Source: an uncultured Poribacteria bacterium (GTDB taxonomy: Bacteria > Poribacteria > WGA-4E > WGA-3G). From it: a DNA stretch of 64,000 nucleotides. Below are positions 28,459 to 39,058 of the stretch, piece by piece. The number at the start of each line of letters is the position of its first letter. The first letter of the stretch is position 1. A model generated the notes under the pieces. That model had not been told where the DNA came from and did no database searches. It worked only from the letters and a program-made list of their open reading frames with translations. Location of the stretch: contig OY282383.1 in assembly GCA_958295855.1 (NCBI GenBank), positions 252,481 to 316,480 on the forward strand, read 5' to 3'. Made by a program: the position numbers and the translations under genes.

Positions 28459-28564
28459 ATTTGAAAGGATTTGGCGAAGGGCACCTGTTTTTTTTGCCTA
28501 TAAGTTAACACCGTTGATTTATTTATCTATGTTCATGTATGTAACATCCGAAAGGAGAATAAAA

Positions 28565-30271
28565 ATGAAAAAGCGAACCCCCTGCTACAAACGCTCTGTT
28601 TCCGCAAAACAAATCCTAAGCGGAAGATGCTTCCATGCCACTTTTGTTATACTAGTTTTTGGGGTATACCTATCGGGCTGCTCAGGGCTGTTCGCCGAAT
28701 CAGTCGATGCGGTGAAACCTGATGCAGCGGCATTCACTTTCGAGCGGTACGACATCGCCACTGGCACCGCGAAACGCCAGACGGTTTTGACAGGATTTCT
28801 TCTCGGCGGCCCTGTCGCGGAGCTTGCTGTAGTGCACATCGACGAGAACGCCAAGCGCTGCTTGCGCCTCTACGCGTTCGGCGAGGGTACCTGGGTGCCG
28901 ACACTCGATGCCACGCTACGTCCCGAAGTGTTGTTCGTCGACGTGGCCAACATCGGTGGCCGTGACCGGTTAATCACATACGCGCGCGGCCACTTGCGCT
29001 GGTTCGATCCCGATTCTGCGATGGAACGCGTGCTTGTGGGGGTTACTTCCAACTTCGAGCCGCCTCGCGGCGGCGACCTCCCGCATGTAGACATCACTCG
29101 GGACGTGAACGGCGATGCCCGCGATGACCTGGTAGTGCCGGATGTTGATGGTTTCTGGGTGTTCGTTCAGATGGGCGATGGCACGTTTGCTGAGAAAGTG
29201 GAGGTGGGTGCCGCTACCAATATGGAGCGGCTCCGCGGTGCCGATGGATATAGATACGCGCCCTGGTCTCAGAGCCGTATCCACGAGATCGACTACAATC
29301 GAGATAATCGCACCGACTTAGTGTTCTGGAACGGTGACCACTTCGCTGTTCATCTCCAGGACGAGCATGGGCTATTTGCCTCGGTGGCCACAACCTTCAC
29401 GACTGATGTGGCATTCGACTCCGACCGGCTCTCCTTACTTGCCACCGGTGACATGACAGGGAGGGTGCTGCACTCGTTGGCCGACATGAACGGCGACGGT
29501 GTCGCCGACTTGGTGGTTTTCGAGCTTGCGGGCAAGGACATCTCCCGCAAGCACTCCAACTACGAGGTGCATTTCGGCGCGCCAACACCCGATGGCGGCA
29601 CCGTGTTCGCACCGGGCATTGACATCGCGTTCCAGTCGGACGAGAGAATCCAGCTCGGGATGGCCCGGCACGACTTCGATCGCGATGGCCAGGTCGACGT
29701 GCTGATCACAACCATCGATCTCAAGTTCCTCGCGGGCAGCCCCTGGAAGAGTATCAAGGGGTTCATGGGTGATGATATCTGGCTGGGGCTCGAGTGCTAC
29801 CAAATGGAAGAAGGCCGCTACCCCGGCACACCCAATACCACCCGCAGAATCGCGTTGGATGGAGTGCCCAGCCATCGCGAGCCGGGGTGGGTGCCACTGG
29901 ACATCGTGCTTCGAGGCGGGACGCACGAGAGCCGGAACACTCAAAAGAGCCACCCGCGCGCGTTCAACACGACTTTGCTCATCGGGGATGTGACCGGCGA
30001 CGGCCGCTCAGACCTGCTCATCGGGGACCACCCTCGCATCATGGCCGTCTTCGCCGGCGTGCCGGGGCCGGACATGTTCGCCCGGCGGCCTCAGGAGGTG
30101 CCGGTCGCCTTTCCCAACGACGAGGAATACACATGGCTGGTGGACCTCAACAAGGACGGGGTGCAGGATGTCCTCATGCATCACCCATTCACGCTACGAG
30201 ATGCCCACGGGGCCCCGAGAATGCCCCCGGGAACCGAGCCGCATCGGGTGACGCTGCTCATCGCCCGATAA
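28565..30271 (+). CDS. FG-GAP/VCBS repeat protein (probable lipoprotein)
   Basis: DVNGDARDDLVV, DMNGDGVADLVV, DFDRDGQVDVL, DVTGDGRSDLL, DLNKDGVQDVL; LSGC lipobox; GAAAGGAG SD. Confidence 0.85.
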   Translation: MKKRTPCYKRSVSAKQILSGRCFHATFVILVFGVYLSGCSGLFAESVDAVKPDAAAFTFERYDIATGTAKRQTVLTGFLLGGPVAELAVVHIDENAKRCLRLYAFGEGTWVPTLDATLRPEVLFVDVANIGGRDRLITYARGHLRWFDPDSAMERVLVGVTSNFEPPRGGDLPHVDITRDVNGDARDDLVVPDVDGFWVFVQMGDGTFAEKVEVGAATNMERLRGADGYRYAPWSQSRIHEIDYNRDNRTDLVFWNGDHFAVHLQDEHGLFASVATTFTTDVAFDSDRLSLLATGDMTGRVLHSLADMNGDGVADLVVFELAGKDISRKHSNYEVHFGAPTPDGGTVFAPGIDIAFQSDERIQLGMARHDFDRDGQVDVLITTIDLKFLAGSPWKSIKGFMGDDIWLGLECYQMEEGRYPGTPNTTRRIALDGVPSHREPGWVPLDIVLRGGTHESRNTQKSHPRAFNTTLLIGDVTGDGRSDLLIGDHPRIMAVFAGVPGPDMFARRPQEVPVAFPNDEEYTWLVDLNKDGVQDVLMHHPFTLRDAHGAPRMPPGTEPHRVTLLIAR

Positions 30272-30473
30272 GCAAAAGTGAAATGCTCTTGTGGGAGGGA
30301 AACCTTGTAAGCCCGATGTTGATTCGCTCTGGATTCCAACATTGTCCTGTCCTCATGGGAGAACTGAATGCCTCTGACTCACTTTTAGCAAACTTTTGAC
30401 AAAAAGTCTCAAAACATGCTATTATGCATGTATGCATAAATAGCATCAAAACAATTCGCTAAAGGAATAACTG

Positions 30474-31904
30474 ATGAAAAAAGTGAATCCATCTAACTTA
30501 GCGCAAGACTCAAACAACCTTCCCGCAGCAATGGGGGGAACACCTGTTTTTGAAAAAACAACAGAAAAACCTTTTCCTAAATTAGAACAGTGGCACCAAA
30601 TGACTGAAGCGGAGGCACAAGTCGTTTATGAGATGACACTGAGGAACGAACTCTCCGGCGCGTCACCCACTGTTCAGGCATTTGAGCGAATATGGCGTGA
30701 ACGCCATCAGACCCAATTCGCAATGAGCCTTGTCAACGGAACCGCGGCGATACATAGCGCAATGTTCGGGCTCGGGGTCGGCCCGGGGGATGAGGTTATC
30801 TGCCCGACGTACACGTGGATGGGTTCAATTACGCCAGCATTAATGTTGATGGCAAAACCGGTCTTTTGTGAAGTCGATGCGAGGACATTGCTGATTGATG
30901 TGGCTGACGTTCGGCGACGCATAACCGGGCGAACGAAAGCAATTGTAGCGGTGCATCTGTGGGGAAACGTGTGTGATATGGATGCCCTGATGGCACTCAG
31001 CGAGGAAACAGGAGTGCCTGTCATAGAAGATTGCTCTCATGCACACGGTGCCGCTTACAAAGGCAAGCCGTGCGGCAGCATCGGCCATGCAGGCGCGTGG
31101 AGCTTGCAAGGGAGCAAACCGGTGAGTGGGGGCGAAGGGGGAATGCTCGCAACGAACGACGTGACGGTTTTCGAGCGCGCCTGCCTCCTCGGTCAGGTCA
31201 ATCGTTTGCCCGGTAGTGTAGGAGAATCCGGGCTCGATGCTTCGGCCCTGCGCTACAAACATCTCCCGCCGATGGGGCTCGGTGTTAAATTTCGGGCGCA
31301 TCCGTTGGCTATTGGCATTGCCTCAGTGCAGCTGAATAAACGAGATGAACTGAATGCAAACCGCCGCGCTTATATCCAAGAAATATCAGATGGATTGGCA
31401 GATATTCCGGGAGTGCGTCCTGTCGAAAAGTACGAAGGTGCTGAGCCGGCGGGCTTCTTTGGATTTCCTATCCACTACCACGCGGAAGAGATGCATAGGC
31501 TTCCTGCCCCGGCGTTCGCCGATGCCCTCCGCAAAGAGGGTGTCTTGGCGAATAACAACCCTTATCCACTCATAGTCGGTGACGGCGTGCCTGTGTTCTC
31601 AGGGAGCATGTCGACGAACAGCAACCCCTATCCGCTTCTTCATACCCTACCGCTCTTTGCACACGGGCTTGATATCTACACGAACGGACGAGGGGCACTC
31701 TGTACCGCTGACATGGGCGGGGATTATGAAGGGTACGCCGCAGGCGACCTGCCTGTCACTGAAAAAGCGTGTTCGCAATTGATATTTCTGCCGCTGTTAA
31801 CTAAACCTGTTGCAGGCGCAGCCTCGCGGATACTGACAGCGATTCGCAAAATCTCCAATTACGCCGAACTGTTAGTCGAGACTATAGAAAATGGAAAGCC
31901 ATAG
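30474..31904 (+). CDS. DegT/DnrJ/EryC1/StrS-family aminotransferase
   Basis: NGTAAIH, GPGDEVICP, VHLWGN.CDM, IEDCSHAHGA, SLQGSKPVSGGEGG. Confidence 0.9.
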   Translation: MKKVNPSNLAQDSNNLPAAMGGTPVFEKTTEKPFPKLEQWHQMTEAEAQVVYEMTLRNELSGASPTVQAFERIWRERHQTQFAMSLVNGTAAIHSAMFGLGVGPGDEVICPTYTWMGSITPALMLMAKPVFCEVDARTLLIDVADVRRRITGRTKAIVAVHLWGNVCDMDALMALSEETGVPVIEDCSHAHGAAYKGKPCGSIGHAGAWSLQGSKPVSGGEGGMLATNDVTVFERACLLGQVNRLPGSVGESGLDASALRYKHLPPMGLGVKFRAHPLAIGIASVQLNKRDELNANRRAYIQEISDGLADIPGVRPVEKYEGAEPAGFFGFPIHYHAEEMHRLPAPAFADALRKEGVLANNNPYPLIVGDGVPVFSGSMSTNSNPYPLLHTLPLFAHGLDIYTNGRGALCTADMGGDYEGYAAGDLPVTEKACSQLIFLPLLTKPVAGAASRILTAIRKISNYAELLVETIENGKP

Positions 31905-32057
31905 AAATCGCTAACAAATTTTTAACTGAGAAAGAAGGGCAGGCACAAGGCCTGCCTCTACAGAAATAGGAAAACCCATCTCGCCAGAGATTTCGGATGC
32001 GGGGGATGGGCAGGCACAAGGCACTGCCCCTACTATAGAAAATGGAAAAATAGGAAA

Positions 32058-33845
32058 ATGCCGATAGAATTTTCAGCGCAAACTCGCATCCAGAATATTA
32101 AAATCTTAAAGACGAACCCGTTGGATGTTTTAGTCATCGGGGGAGGCATCGTCGGAGCAGGCTTAATTCGTGACCTCGCGCAAAATGGGGGCATCAAAGC
32201 CGGCTTAATTGAGCAAGGCGACTTCGCAAATGGTACGAGCAGCGCCACATCGCAGCTTATCCATGGTGGGTTTCGCTACCTGCTTAAACGCGACATAGAC
32301 CTCGTAAAACAGGCACGCAAGGAACGCGAGATTCTCCTACGCATCGCGCCCAACCTTGTCAAACCGATACCCCTGGCGGTGCTCCGCTACAAAGGTGACC
32401 CGTACCCGCTCGCGGGGATTCAGGTTGCCGCGCATTACTACAATCATCTCTCTCAAACAGATAAGGCTGAGAAATCAAGAGCAATTCGCAATGTGCAAAA
32501 GATACAACAACTCGTCGGTTCTATCGCGACAGATACCCTAAAAGGATGTGTTGTCTTCTGGGATAGTACCGTTGATGACGCGAGGTTGACCCTCGCGACA
32601 CTCAAGGATGCACATCAGCACGGGGCTGTTGTTACAAACTACGTCCGTTTTCTCGATTTTGTTGGACAGCCTGATAAATCAAACCCAATGTACAGGATAG
32701 CCGCTGAAGATGCGATTTCTGGACAACGTTTTGAAATTGCAGCACGAAAAATTGTTTCAACAACGGGGCCCTGGACCGACCGGCTGTGGCGCAAAGACCC
32801 GAGTTACGATGGCGTGCCACGATTGCGGACCGAAAAGGCGAAAGGCATCCACCTCCTCGTACCGCGCTGTGGAGCAGGCGGCGACTCAGTTCCATACGGT
32901 GTCGTAACCTTTACACAGACAGAAAGGTCGCACAACGGAAAACCTCGTGTTATTTTCATTTTGCCCGGCGACCACGATACCTCTATCGTTGGCACCACCG
33001 AAACTACCCCAGAGGGCGAGCCGGGCGCAGTGCGTCCCTCCGAAAGTGAGGTGTTGTATCTGCTTTCAGAAACACAGCGAATTTTCCCAGAGACGACGCT
33101 TGACCGAGGTGCTATTATCGCCGCTTATGCCGGCACCCGGCCCCTCATTGCCCGCAATCAACACCGGTGCACACCTGCACGTCCCGACTTTGCCTCAAGG
33201 GAGCACTTAATTACTGAGAGCCCAAGCGGCGTGATGTATATCTACGGGGGAAAACTGACGACACACCGGCAAATGGCAGAGGAAACCGTGAACTACCTTG
33301 CAGAATCGCTAAGCGTACCGCGCGACTGTAAAACCGCCATTTATCCGCTGCCAAATGCCACAGGAGCAGCACCAAACGGATATGGGGCCCACCCGTCCGG
33401 TTCCCTCCCGCCCGGTTCCTTACAACACTCAACGAGTGCAGTTGGAAACAGTACCTACAAGAAAACAGGACATGGACATCAGACGAACCTGCTGGCGGGG
33501 GACACGGAACGTCTCATCCAGCGGTATGGTAAGGGATACCAGGTGATTCAACAGTTCATCGGCCAGGATGCAACGCTTGCGGAATCCATAAGCCCCTCTC
33601 TCCCGTTCATCAAAGCGGAACTGCTTTACGCCCAGTGGGGCGAAATGGCGATGACGCTGGATGACCTGCTGTGGCGGCGCACCCGAATCGGGTGGACGCA
33701 AGGACAAGGCATCGAGATAGCACCGCAAATCGCGCAATTTCTTGGAGAACGAAACAACTGGAGTCAAGCGAAAATCACAGCAGAGGTTGAGGCGTACCGA
33801 CAACGGATTCGCTGGTTAAATTGTAATTTCCGGCAGGCACTGTAG
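32058..33845 (+). CDS. glpD: FAD-dependent glycerol-3-phosphate dehydrogenase
   Basis: DVLVIGGGIVG, DFANGTSSATSQLIHGGFRYL, DDARL, GPWTD, GGKLTTHRQMAE, RRTRIG. Confidence 0.85.
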   Translation: MPIEFSAQTRIQNIKILKTNPLDVLVIGGGIVGAGLIRDLAQNGGIKAGLIEQGDFANGTSSATSQLIHGGFRYLLKRDIDLVKQARKEREILLRIAPNLVKPIPLAVLRYKGDPYPLAGIQVAAHYYNHLSQTDKAEKSRAIRNVQKIQQLVGSIATDTLKGCVVFWDSTVDDARLTLATLKDAHQHGAVVTNYVRFLDFVGQPDKSNPMYRIAAEDAISGQRFEIAARKIVSTTGPWTDRLWRKDPSYDGVPRLRTEKAKGIHLLVPRCGAGGDSVPYGVVTFTQTERSHNGKPRVIFILPGDHDTSIVGTTETTPEGEPGAVRPSESEVLYLLSETQRIFPETTLDRGAIIAAYAGTRPLIARNQHRCTPARPDFASREHLITESPSGVMYIYGGKLTTHRQMAEETVNYLAESLSVPRDCKTAIYPLPNATGAAPNGYGAHPSGSLPPGSLQHSTSAVGNSTYKKTGHGHQTNLLAGDTERLIQRYGKGYQVIQQFIGQDATLAESISPSLPFIKAELLYAQWGEMAMTLDDLLWRRTRIGWTQGQGIEIAPQIAQFLGERNNWSQAKITAEVEAYRQRIRWLNCNFRQAL

Positions 33846-33865
33846 CATCGCTCCTACAAACCACT

Positions 33866-34035
33866 TTTTTGTCATTCCTTGCGGAGAATTCAAGTGGCAA
33901 GGTAGGTGTGACAATACACTGTAGATGTCGTCGGAGGTTTTTGACGCAAGGTTTACATAAGGCACCTCTGACGACATCTGTAAGAGTTTTCGAACTACAC
34001 AGACAAGCATGGTACTCTGCAAGGTATGTTAAAAA
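33866..34035. mobile_element. Full ~165 bp back-to-back A(-)/A'(+) element (MITE-like, CCTTGCGGAG...CTCTGCAAGG ends)
   Basis: Same architecture at 61759-61928 and, inverted, at 60411-60635. Confidence 0.75.
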
Positions 34036-35028
34036 ATGGAAGTTTACCGCTGGGAAGACCGAAAATTCGGGAAACTACAACCCTTACGCTTTGGCACAGA
34101 ACGCGACTTTGAGGATCTGCTTGAGCAGGATGCAACGCTAGTCCTGGGAGAGCCCATCTGTGTTATCAGCCGACAGCCACCGCTGAGCACTTCAAAACAG
34201 AAGATTGACCTGCTGGCATTAGACCGGCAGGGCAATACTGTTATTATTGAGCTCAAACGGGGAAAACCCTCTCGTACAGCTATCACGCAGATATTAGAAT
34301 ACGCCGCAGGCGTTGCCCAACTTGCTTTCATAGAATTGGAGAAGCTCGCTTACCGTTGGGCCCAACAACAAGGAAACCAGGAATTTTCGTCGCTCACTGC
34401 ACTGCACAGTGAATTCTTTGGATATGAACCAGGCGATATCCCAAAATCGGCATTCAATCGGAAACAGCGGTTGGTACTTATCTCTGAGGGCGTAGATACG
34501 CGCGTACTAGAAGTTGCGGAATACCTGCGAAGCTTAGGGCTTGACCTCACCTACATCTCCTACTTTTCATACCATGCACCGGATGAAATTCTGGTGGCGA
34601 CTGAAACCGTTTTAGGCGGAACGCTTGTCAAGGAAGAAAAACGGAGTTACAGCGGAACCGCCCAGCAATTTATGACGCTTGAGTTGTTTATGGAGACGCT
34701 AAAGGCAAACGAAGCACTCCTACAAATTGCTCATGAATTTCTGGATTACGTTGATACGTGCGGCGCAACGCTCAGGCCCCGCATCGCCAAACTCCGCATG
34801 ACTATCGGAGGCCGCTGGTGGCTCGACTCATATCCGTCAAGGAGGGCTAGCCATTTCCGTATTGATGTCCACGGTGACTTTACACCGCTTCAGGTTGTGG
34901 AGTGCAGAGCGAATTTACCCAACGTGACAGTCAAGAATTTTGGCATGTCTTTTAACATCGCTTCCAAAGCGCATCTCGACTACGCGATTGAGATTTTTGA
35001 ACGCGTGCGGAACTCCATTCTATCCTAA
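34036..35028 (+). CDS. NucS-like PD-(D/E)XK endonuclease domain protein
   Basis: ERDFEDLL, IDLLALD..G..VIIELK, QILEYAA. Confidence 0.8.
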   Translation: MEVYRWEDRKFGKLQPLRFGTERDFEDLLEQDATLVLGEPICVISRQPPLSTSKQKIDLLALDRQGNTVIIELKRGKPSRTAITQILEYAAGVAQLAFIELEKLAYRWAQQQGNQEFSSLTALHSEFFGYEPGDIPKSAFNRKQRLVLISEGVDTRVLEVAEYLRSLGLDLTYISYFSYHAPDEILVATETVLGGTLVKEEKRSYSGTAQQFMTLELFMETLKANEALLQIAHEFLDYVDTCGATLRPRIAKLRMTIGGRWWLDSYPSRRASHFRIDVHGDFTPLQVVECRANLPNVTVKNFGMSFNIASKAHLDYAIEIFERVRNSILS

Positions 35029-35030
35029 CC

Positions 35031-35356
35031 TTTTTGTCATTCCTTGCGGAGCAATCAGGTTGCGTGATAGTTCTGACAATGCACTGTAGATCTCGTCGGA
35101 GGTTTCTGATCTTTTGTTATTGCCTAGTTCTGGGGGTTTCGGCTGTAGTTGTAGGGCGCTCTCTGCTAATTAAGGGTAGGCACAAGGCACTGCGGAAGGG
35201 CAGGCACAAGGCACTGCCCCTACTATTACAAGACTTGCATCAAAAACCTCTGACGAGATCTACGGAGTATTGTCAGACGTGTCTTGCCAATGGTATTTGC
35301 CCCTGCTTTGCAGGGGTTTCATACCCATGCTGATTACTCCGCAAGGAAAGACAAAA
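35031..35356. repeat. Intergenic repeat mosaic: A(-), partial B(-), GTAG-REP pair, A(+) with nested hairpin D
   Basis: Direct reading; fills the whole nucS-VWA gap. Confidence 0.85.
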
Positions 35357-35358
35357 AT

Positions 35359-36534
35359 ATGAACTGGCTTCGTTTTGGACATCCGGAATTCCTCTATTTT
35401 CTATGCGCGATCCCGCCGGTAATTCTGCTGATTCTCTTTGGATTACGGCAGAAACGGAAGGCAATCCTACGATTCCACACCCAGGCGAATCCTACGCATT
35501 TCCGAAACCACACGGTTCAAGCCGGGTTGCTGATGCTGAGCTATGTTCTCGTGACACTTGCAATCGCGCGCCCACAATTCGGCGCAAAACCGGAACCCGT
35601 TGCTGAAAGGTTGGAGGTTATGCTGGCACTTGACATTTCAACCAGTATGCTCGCAACAGATATTAAACCGAATCGGCTACACCACGCGAAAAGTGTTATC
35701 TTCTCACTGCTAGCGCGACTGGAGGGAAATCGTATCGGCTTGCTCCATTTTGCTGAAGCCAGTTTCGTGGTGTGTCCCCTGACAACGGATACCTCTATGC
35801 TCAAGGAATTTTTAGACGCAGTAGAGGCTGAGACGCTCACCCACAGCGGTACTCGTATTGGCAACGCTATTGAGATAGCAAACGCTCGTCTCGATTCAGA
35901 AAAACAGACAGATGCTGCGTCAAACCATCAGGCAGCAACACAGGTTTCCGCTTTGAGCGGCCAGAAGGCACTAATTCTTTTTACTGATGGCGAGGACCAC
36001 GGAGAAGAAGCGGTTGAGGCAGCAAAAGCTGCACATCGGGAGGGTGTGTATATCTATTGCATCGGGGTCGGCACCCCTGAGCAACCGGTTCCTATTCCGC
36101 TTGCGGGCCCGCCCGCCCTTTCCTTGGGGAGTGAAGACAATAAAGGAAAAGACTCCCCGGGGCTTTTCGGATATAAGCGCGATGTCAGCGGGCAACTCGT
36201 GCTAACGGCATTGGATGAAGCACTCCTGCGCGATATTGCCAAAGCGGGAGGTGGTACCTATTATCATGCAAGTACAGATATGGCGCGGTTAACAGCCGAT
36301 TTAGCACGACTGCAGCGTCAAAAATTCAGGGTAAGTTCAAAGGGGGAATATCAAGAACGCTTTCAATTGCTTGTAGGGATTGCCTTAATTCTCCTCGTAT
36401 GTGAATTGCTGTTTTCGTCAATTGGGTTTCTGCTCCGATTTTTCCGTTGCTTGCTTTTTCCCCAAGGAACCGGGCGGGAGGGAAGCAAAGCGGGGAAGAA
36501 GCTGCTCAAAATCGGGTTTCGTAATGAGTTGTAG
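35359..36534 (+). CDS. VWA-domain membrane protein (BatB-like); C-terminal ~38 aa derive from repeat E
   Basis: N-terminal TM (BatA-like), ARPQFG, LDISTSM (MIDAS), FTDGEDH, YQERFQ. Confidence 0.85.
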   Translation: MNWLRFGHPEFLYFLCAIPPVILLILFGLRQKRKAILRFHTQANPTHFRNHTVQAGLLMLSYVLVTLAIARPQFGAKPEPVAERLEVMLALDISTSMLATDIKPNRLHHAKSVIFSLLARLEGNRIGLLHFAEASFVVCPLTTDTSMLKEFLDAVEAETLTHSGTRIGNAIEIANARLDSEKQTDAASNHQAATQVSALSGQKALILFTDGEDHGEEAVEAAKAAHREGVYIYCIGVGTPEQPVPIPLAGPPALSLGSEDNKGKDSPGLFGYKRDVSGQLVLTALDEALLRDIAKAGGGTYYHASTDMARLTADLARLQRQKFRVSSKGEYQERFQLLVGIALILLVCELLFSSIGFLLRFFRCLLFPQGTGREGSKAGKKLLKIGFRNEL

Positions 36535-36682
36535 AGTCCTCTCTGCTAATTAAGGGTAGGCACAAGGAAACCCTACCCCTACAGATACAAGACTTGCATC
36601 AGAAACCTCCGACGAGAGCTACAAGCAACTTCAAACTACAGCGAGAAGCACCAGTGCTAGGCAATGACGAAAAACATGCAAC

Positions 36683-37678
36683 TCAGGCTTTCTTGAGTGT
36701 CATCCCTCCTGGACGGAAACGCATTAAAAGGATGAGGATTACCCCAAAGATTAGGTAGCGTGCACCGCCAAATTGGTAGGGAAGAATCAAACGTAGGATT
36801 TCACCCAAAGATGCGAGAACCGCACCACCTATAAGGGCACCCTTAATGCTCCCCATCCCTCCAAGCACCACCATGCAGAGAATGAGGATAGATTCCCAGA
36901 ATTCAAATGCCTCCGCGCTGAGATTTACCTGAAGTTGTGCAAAAAAAGCACCCCCAAGTGCACCAATAGCTGCACTGACAGCAAAGGCAAGTGACTTATA
37001 GCGACTCACATTGATGCCCATGCTCTCCGCCGCTTGTTCATCCTCCCGGATAGCAACCCATGCTCTCCCGACACGAGAATGCTGCAACCGGTAAGTGACA
37101 AAAACAACGAAAAACAGCAAGACGAGAATATGATAATAGTGGTGCCAATTTTGATAGAGCTCTACTCCGAAGATTGTCGGCGGGGGAATGTTTTTGACAA
37201 ACCCGTTGATATCCCCAATCAGCCACTCTTCATTTTTGACGATACGGAAAAGCAGTTCCCCAAACCCAAACGTGACAATTGCGAAATAGTCACCGGCGAG
37301 GCGCAAAGTAGGAACCCCGCGCAACAACCCCCACATCGCACCATTTAGCACAGCGAGCGGGAGAACCATCCAGTAACTAAACCCAAGCCGCACCATCAAT
37401 AGCCCTGCAGTATAGCCCCCCACAAGATAAAAGCCAACATAGCCGAGGTCTAACAAACCTGTGAACCCACAGACAACATTCAACCCCACCGCGAGTAGCA
37501 TATAGAGTATTGCCTGAACAACAATCCGCAGGAGATAATCCCCACTGGGGAGCTGCAGGAAAATACCATAGTTTGCCGACATGTAATAGGTGAAGGCATC
37601 TACGAGGAACAACAGAGTTGGAAGGAAACAAACAAGCAAACAGAGAACTATGTTTTTTAGTGTGAATTTATCTCGCAT
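36683..37678 (-). CDS. livM: Branched-chain amino acid ABC permease
   Basis: GLNVVCGFTGLLDLGY, LRLAGDYFAIVT, GRAWVAIREDE, VVLGGMGS. Confidence 0.9.
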   Translation of the reverse strand: MRDKFTLKNIVLCLLVCFLPTLLFLVDAFTYYMSANYGIFLQLPSGDYLLRIVVQAILYMLLAVGLNVVCGFTGLLDLGYVGFYLVGGYTAGLLMVRLGFSYWMVLPLAVLNGAMWGLLRGVPTLRLAGDYFAIVTFGFGELLFRIVKNEEWLIGDINGFVKNIPPPTIFGVELYQNWHHYYHILVLLFFVVFVTYRLQHSRVGRAWVAIREDEQAAESMGINVSRYKSLAFAVSAAIGALGGAFFAQLQVNLSAEAFEFWESILILCMVVLGGMGSIKGALIGGAVLASLGEILRLILPYQFGGARYLIFGVILILLMRFRPGGMTLKKA

Positions 37679-37994
37679 GTTTTCGTCATTCCTTGCGGAG
37701 AATTGAGATGGCGCTACGCGTCTGACAATACTCGGTAGCTCTCGTCAGAGGTTTTTGATGCAAGTCTTGTAGAGGTAGTACCTTTGTCAAAATGGGGCCC
37801 ACCCGCCCGGTTCCATATTAGTTCTAGGGCTTTTCTTACCTCTTAAGGCATGGGGTAGGAGCGATCTCCGAATCGCGACACCTTCCCGCCCTTTCCTTTA
37901 AAAAGGTTGCATCAAAAACCTCGGACGAGAGCTACAGTGCATTCTTAGACCCCCCCTTGCATTCTGATTACTCAGCAAGGAATGACAAAAGAGG

Positions 37995-38900
37995 CTATGC
38001 ACGCTTACTTTCTGATTTGCCAAATAGCCCGGACGGTCGAATAAGAATGACAAGAATCATGATAATATAGGCAATTGCTAACCGATAACCAGAGGAAATA
38101 TAGCCGGCACCGAGCACTTCGGCTAAACCGATTAAGATACCACCGAACATAGCCCCTGTAACATTTCCAATACCACCAAGAACAGCAGCGGCAAACGCCG
38201 CAACCCCCTTATAGTATCCCATCGTCGGTTCAATCACTTCGCGCAAGCCCACCATCACTCCAGCAACAGCACCTAAAGCAGAACCAATGGCAAAGGTTAT
38301 CGCAATCACTTGATTCGTCTTGATACCCATCAAATTCGCCGCAACCCGATTTTGGGCACAAGCTCGCATTGCTTTCCCAATCGTAGTCAAATAAATCAGC
38401 CGGTTTAAGGTAATCATTAAAACAACAGCGAGCAGAATGATAAACAGGTCGCGGTAAGGTAACGTAGCACCACCGGGGAGGGCTATCGCGTTTTCGCTCA
38501 AGAAAAAGGCGGGGAGAGATTCACTTGGAAATGAACGCTGCCTCGCTGACCATATCATCCGGGCGAGGTTTTGCAGTACAAGCGAGATGCCAATGGCTGT
38601 AATCAGGGCGGATAAACGAGGCGCGGCCCGAAGCGGACGGTACGCGATGAAGTCAATTAACATGCCGAGCATAGCACAGAGCAGCATACTGAGGGGTAAA
38701 GCCACCCAAAAAGGCAGATTAAAACCCGTCACAAGTACAAACGCAAAGTAGGCACCAAACATGAAAATCTCGCCATGTGCGAAGTTAATCAACTGGATAA
38801 TGCCGTAAACCATGGTGTAACCGACAGCAATAAGTGCGTAGATACCGCCGAGAACCAACCCGTTAATAATTTGCTCTAAAAATTGCGCCACTTTTGTCAT
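37995..38900 (-). CDS. livH: Branched-chain amino acid ABC permease
   Basis: YALIAVGYTMVYGIIQLINFAHG, GKAMRA, AAAVLGGIG, RPSGLFG. Confidence 0.92.
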   Translation of the reverse strand: MTKVAQFLEQIINGLVLGGIYALIAVGYTMVYGIIQLINFAHGEIFMFGAYFAFVLVTGFNLPFWVALPLSMLLCAMLGMLIDFIAYRPLRAAPRLSALITAIGISLVLQNLARMIWSARQRSFPSESLPAFFLSENAIALPGGATLPYRDLFIILLAVVLMITLNRLIYLTTIGKAMRACAQNRVAANLMGIKTNQVIAITFAIGSALGAVAGVMVGLREVIEPTMGYYKGVAAFAAAVLGGIGNVTGAMFGGILIGLAEVLGAGYISSGYRLAIAYIIMILVILIRPSGLFGKSESKRA

Positions 38901-39058
38901 TCCTTGCGGAGAATTGAGATGGCAAGACGCGTCTAAGAATGCACTGTAGCTCTCGTCGGAGGTTTTTGATGCAATCTTTTTTGCGGGGCTTTCTCCATCT
39001 AACGATTTGTCTCAGAGGAGAATTCATAATTAAAATCACAGATTTTTCATATAACTTC

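Noticed and set aside
29435..30399. Long alternative-frame ORFs over the FG-GAP gene
   Set aside because: Expected shadow ORFs in GC-rich coding DNA; no recognisable motifs
31549..31640. NNNPYPL / NSNPYPL duplication in the aminotransferase
   Set aside because: Small internal duplication with no link to repeat families or evident function
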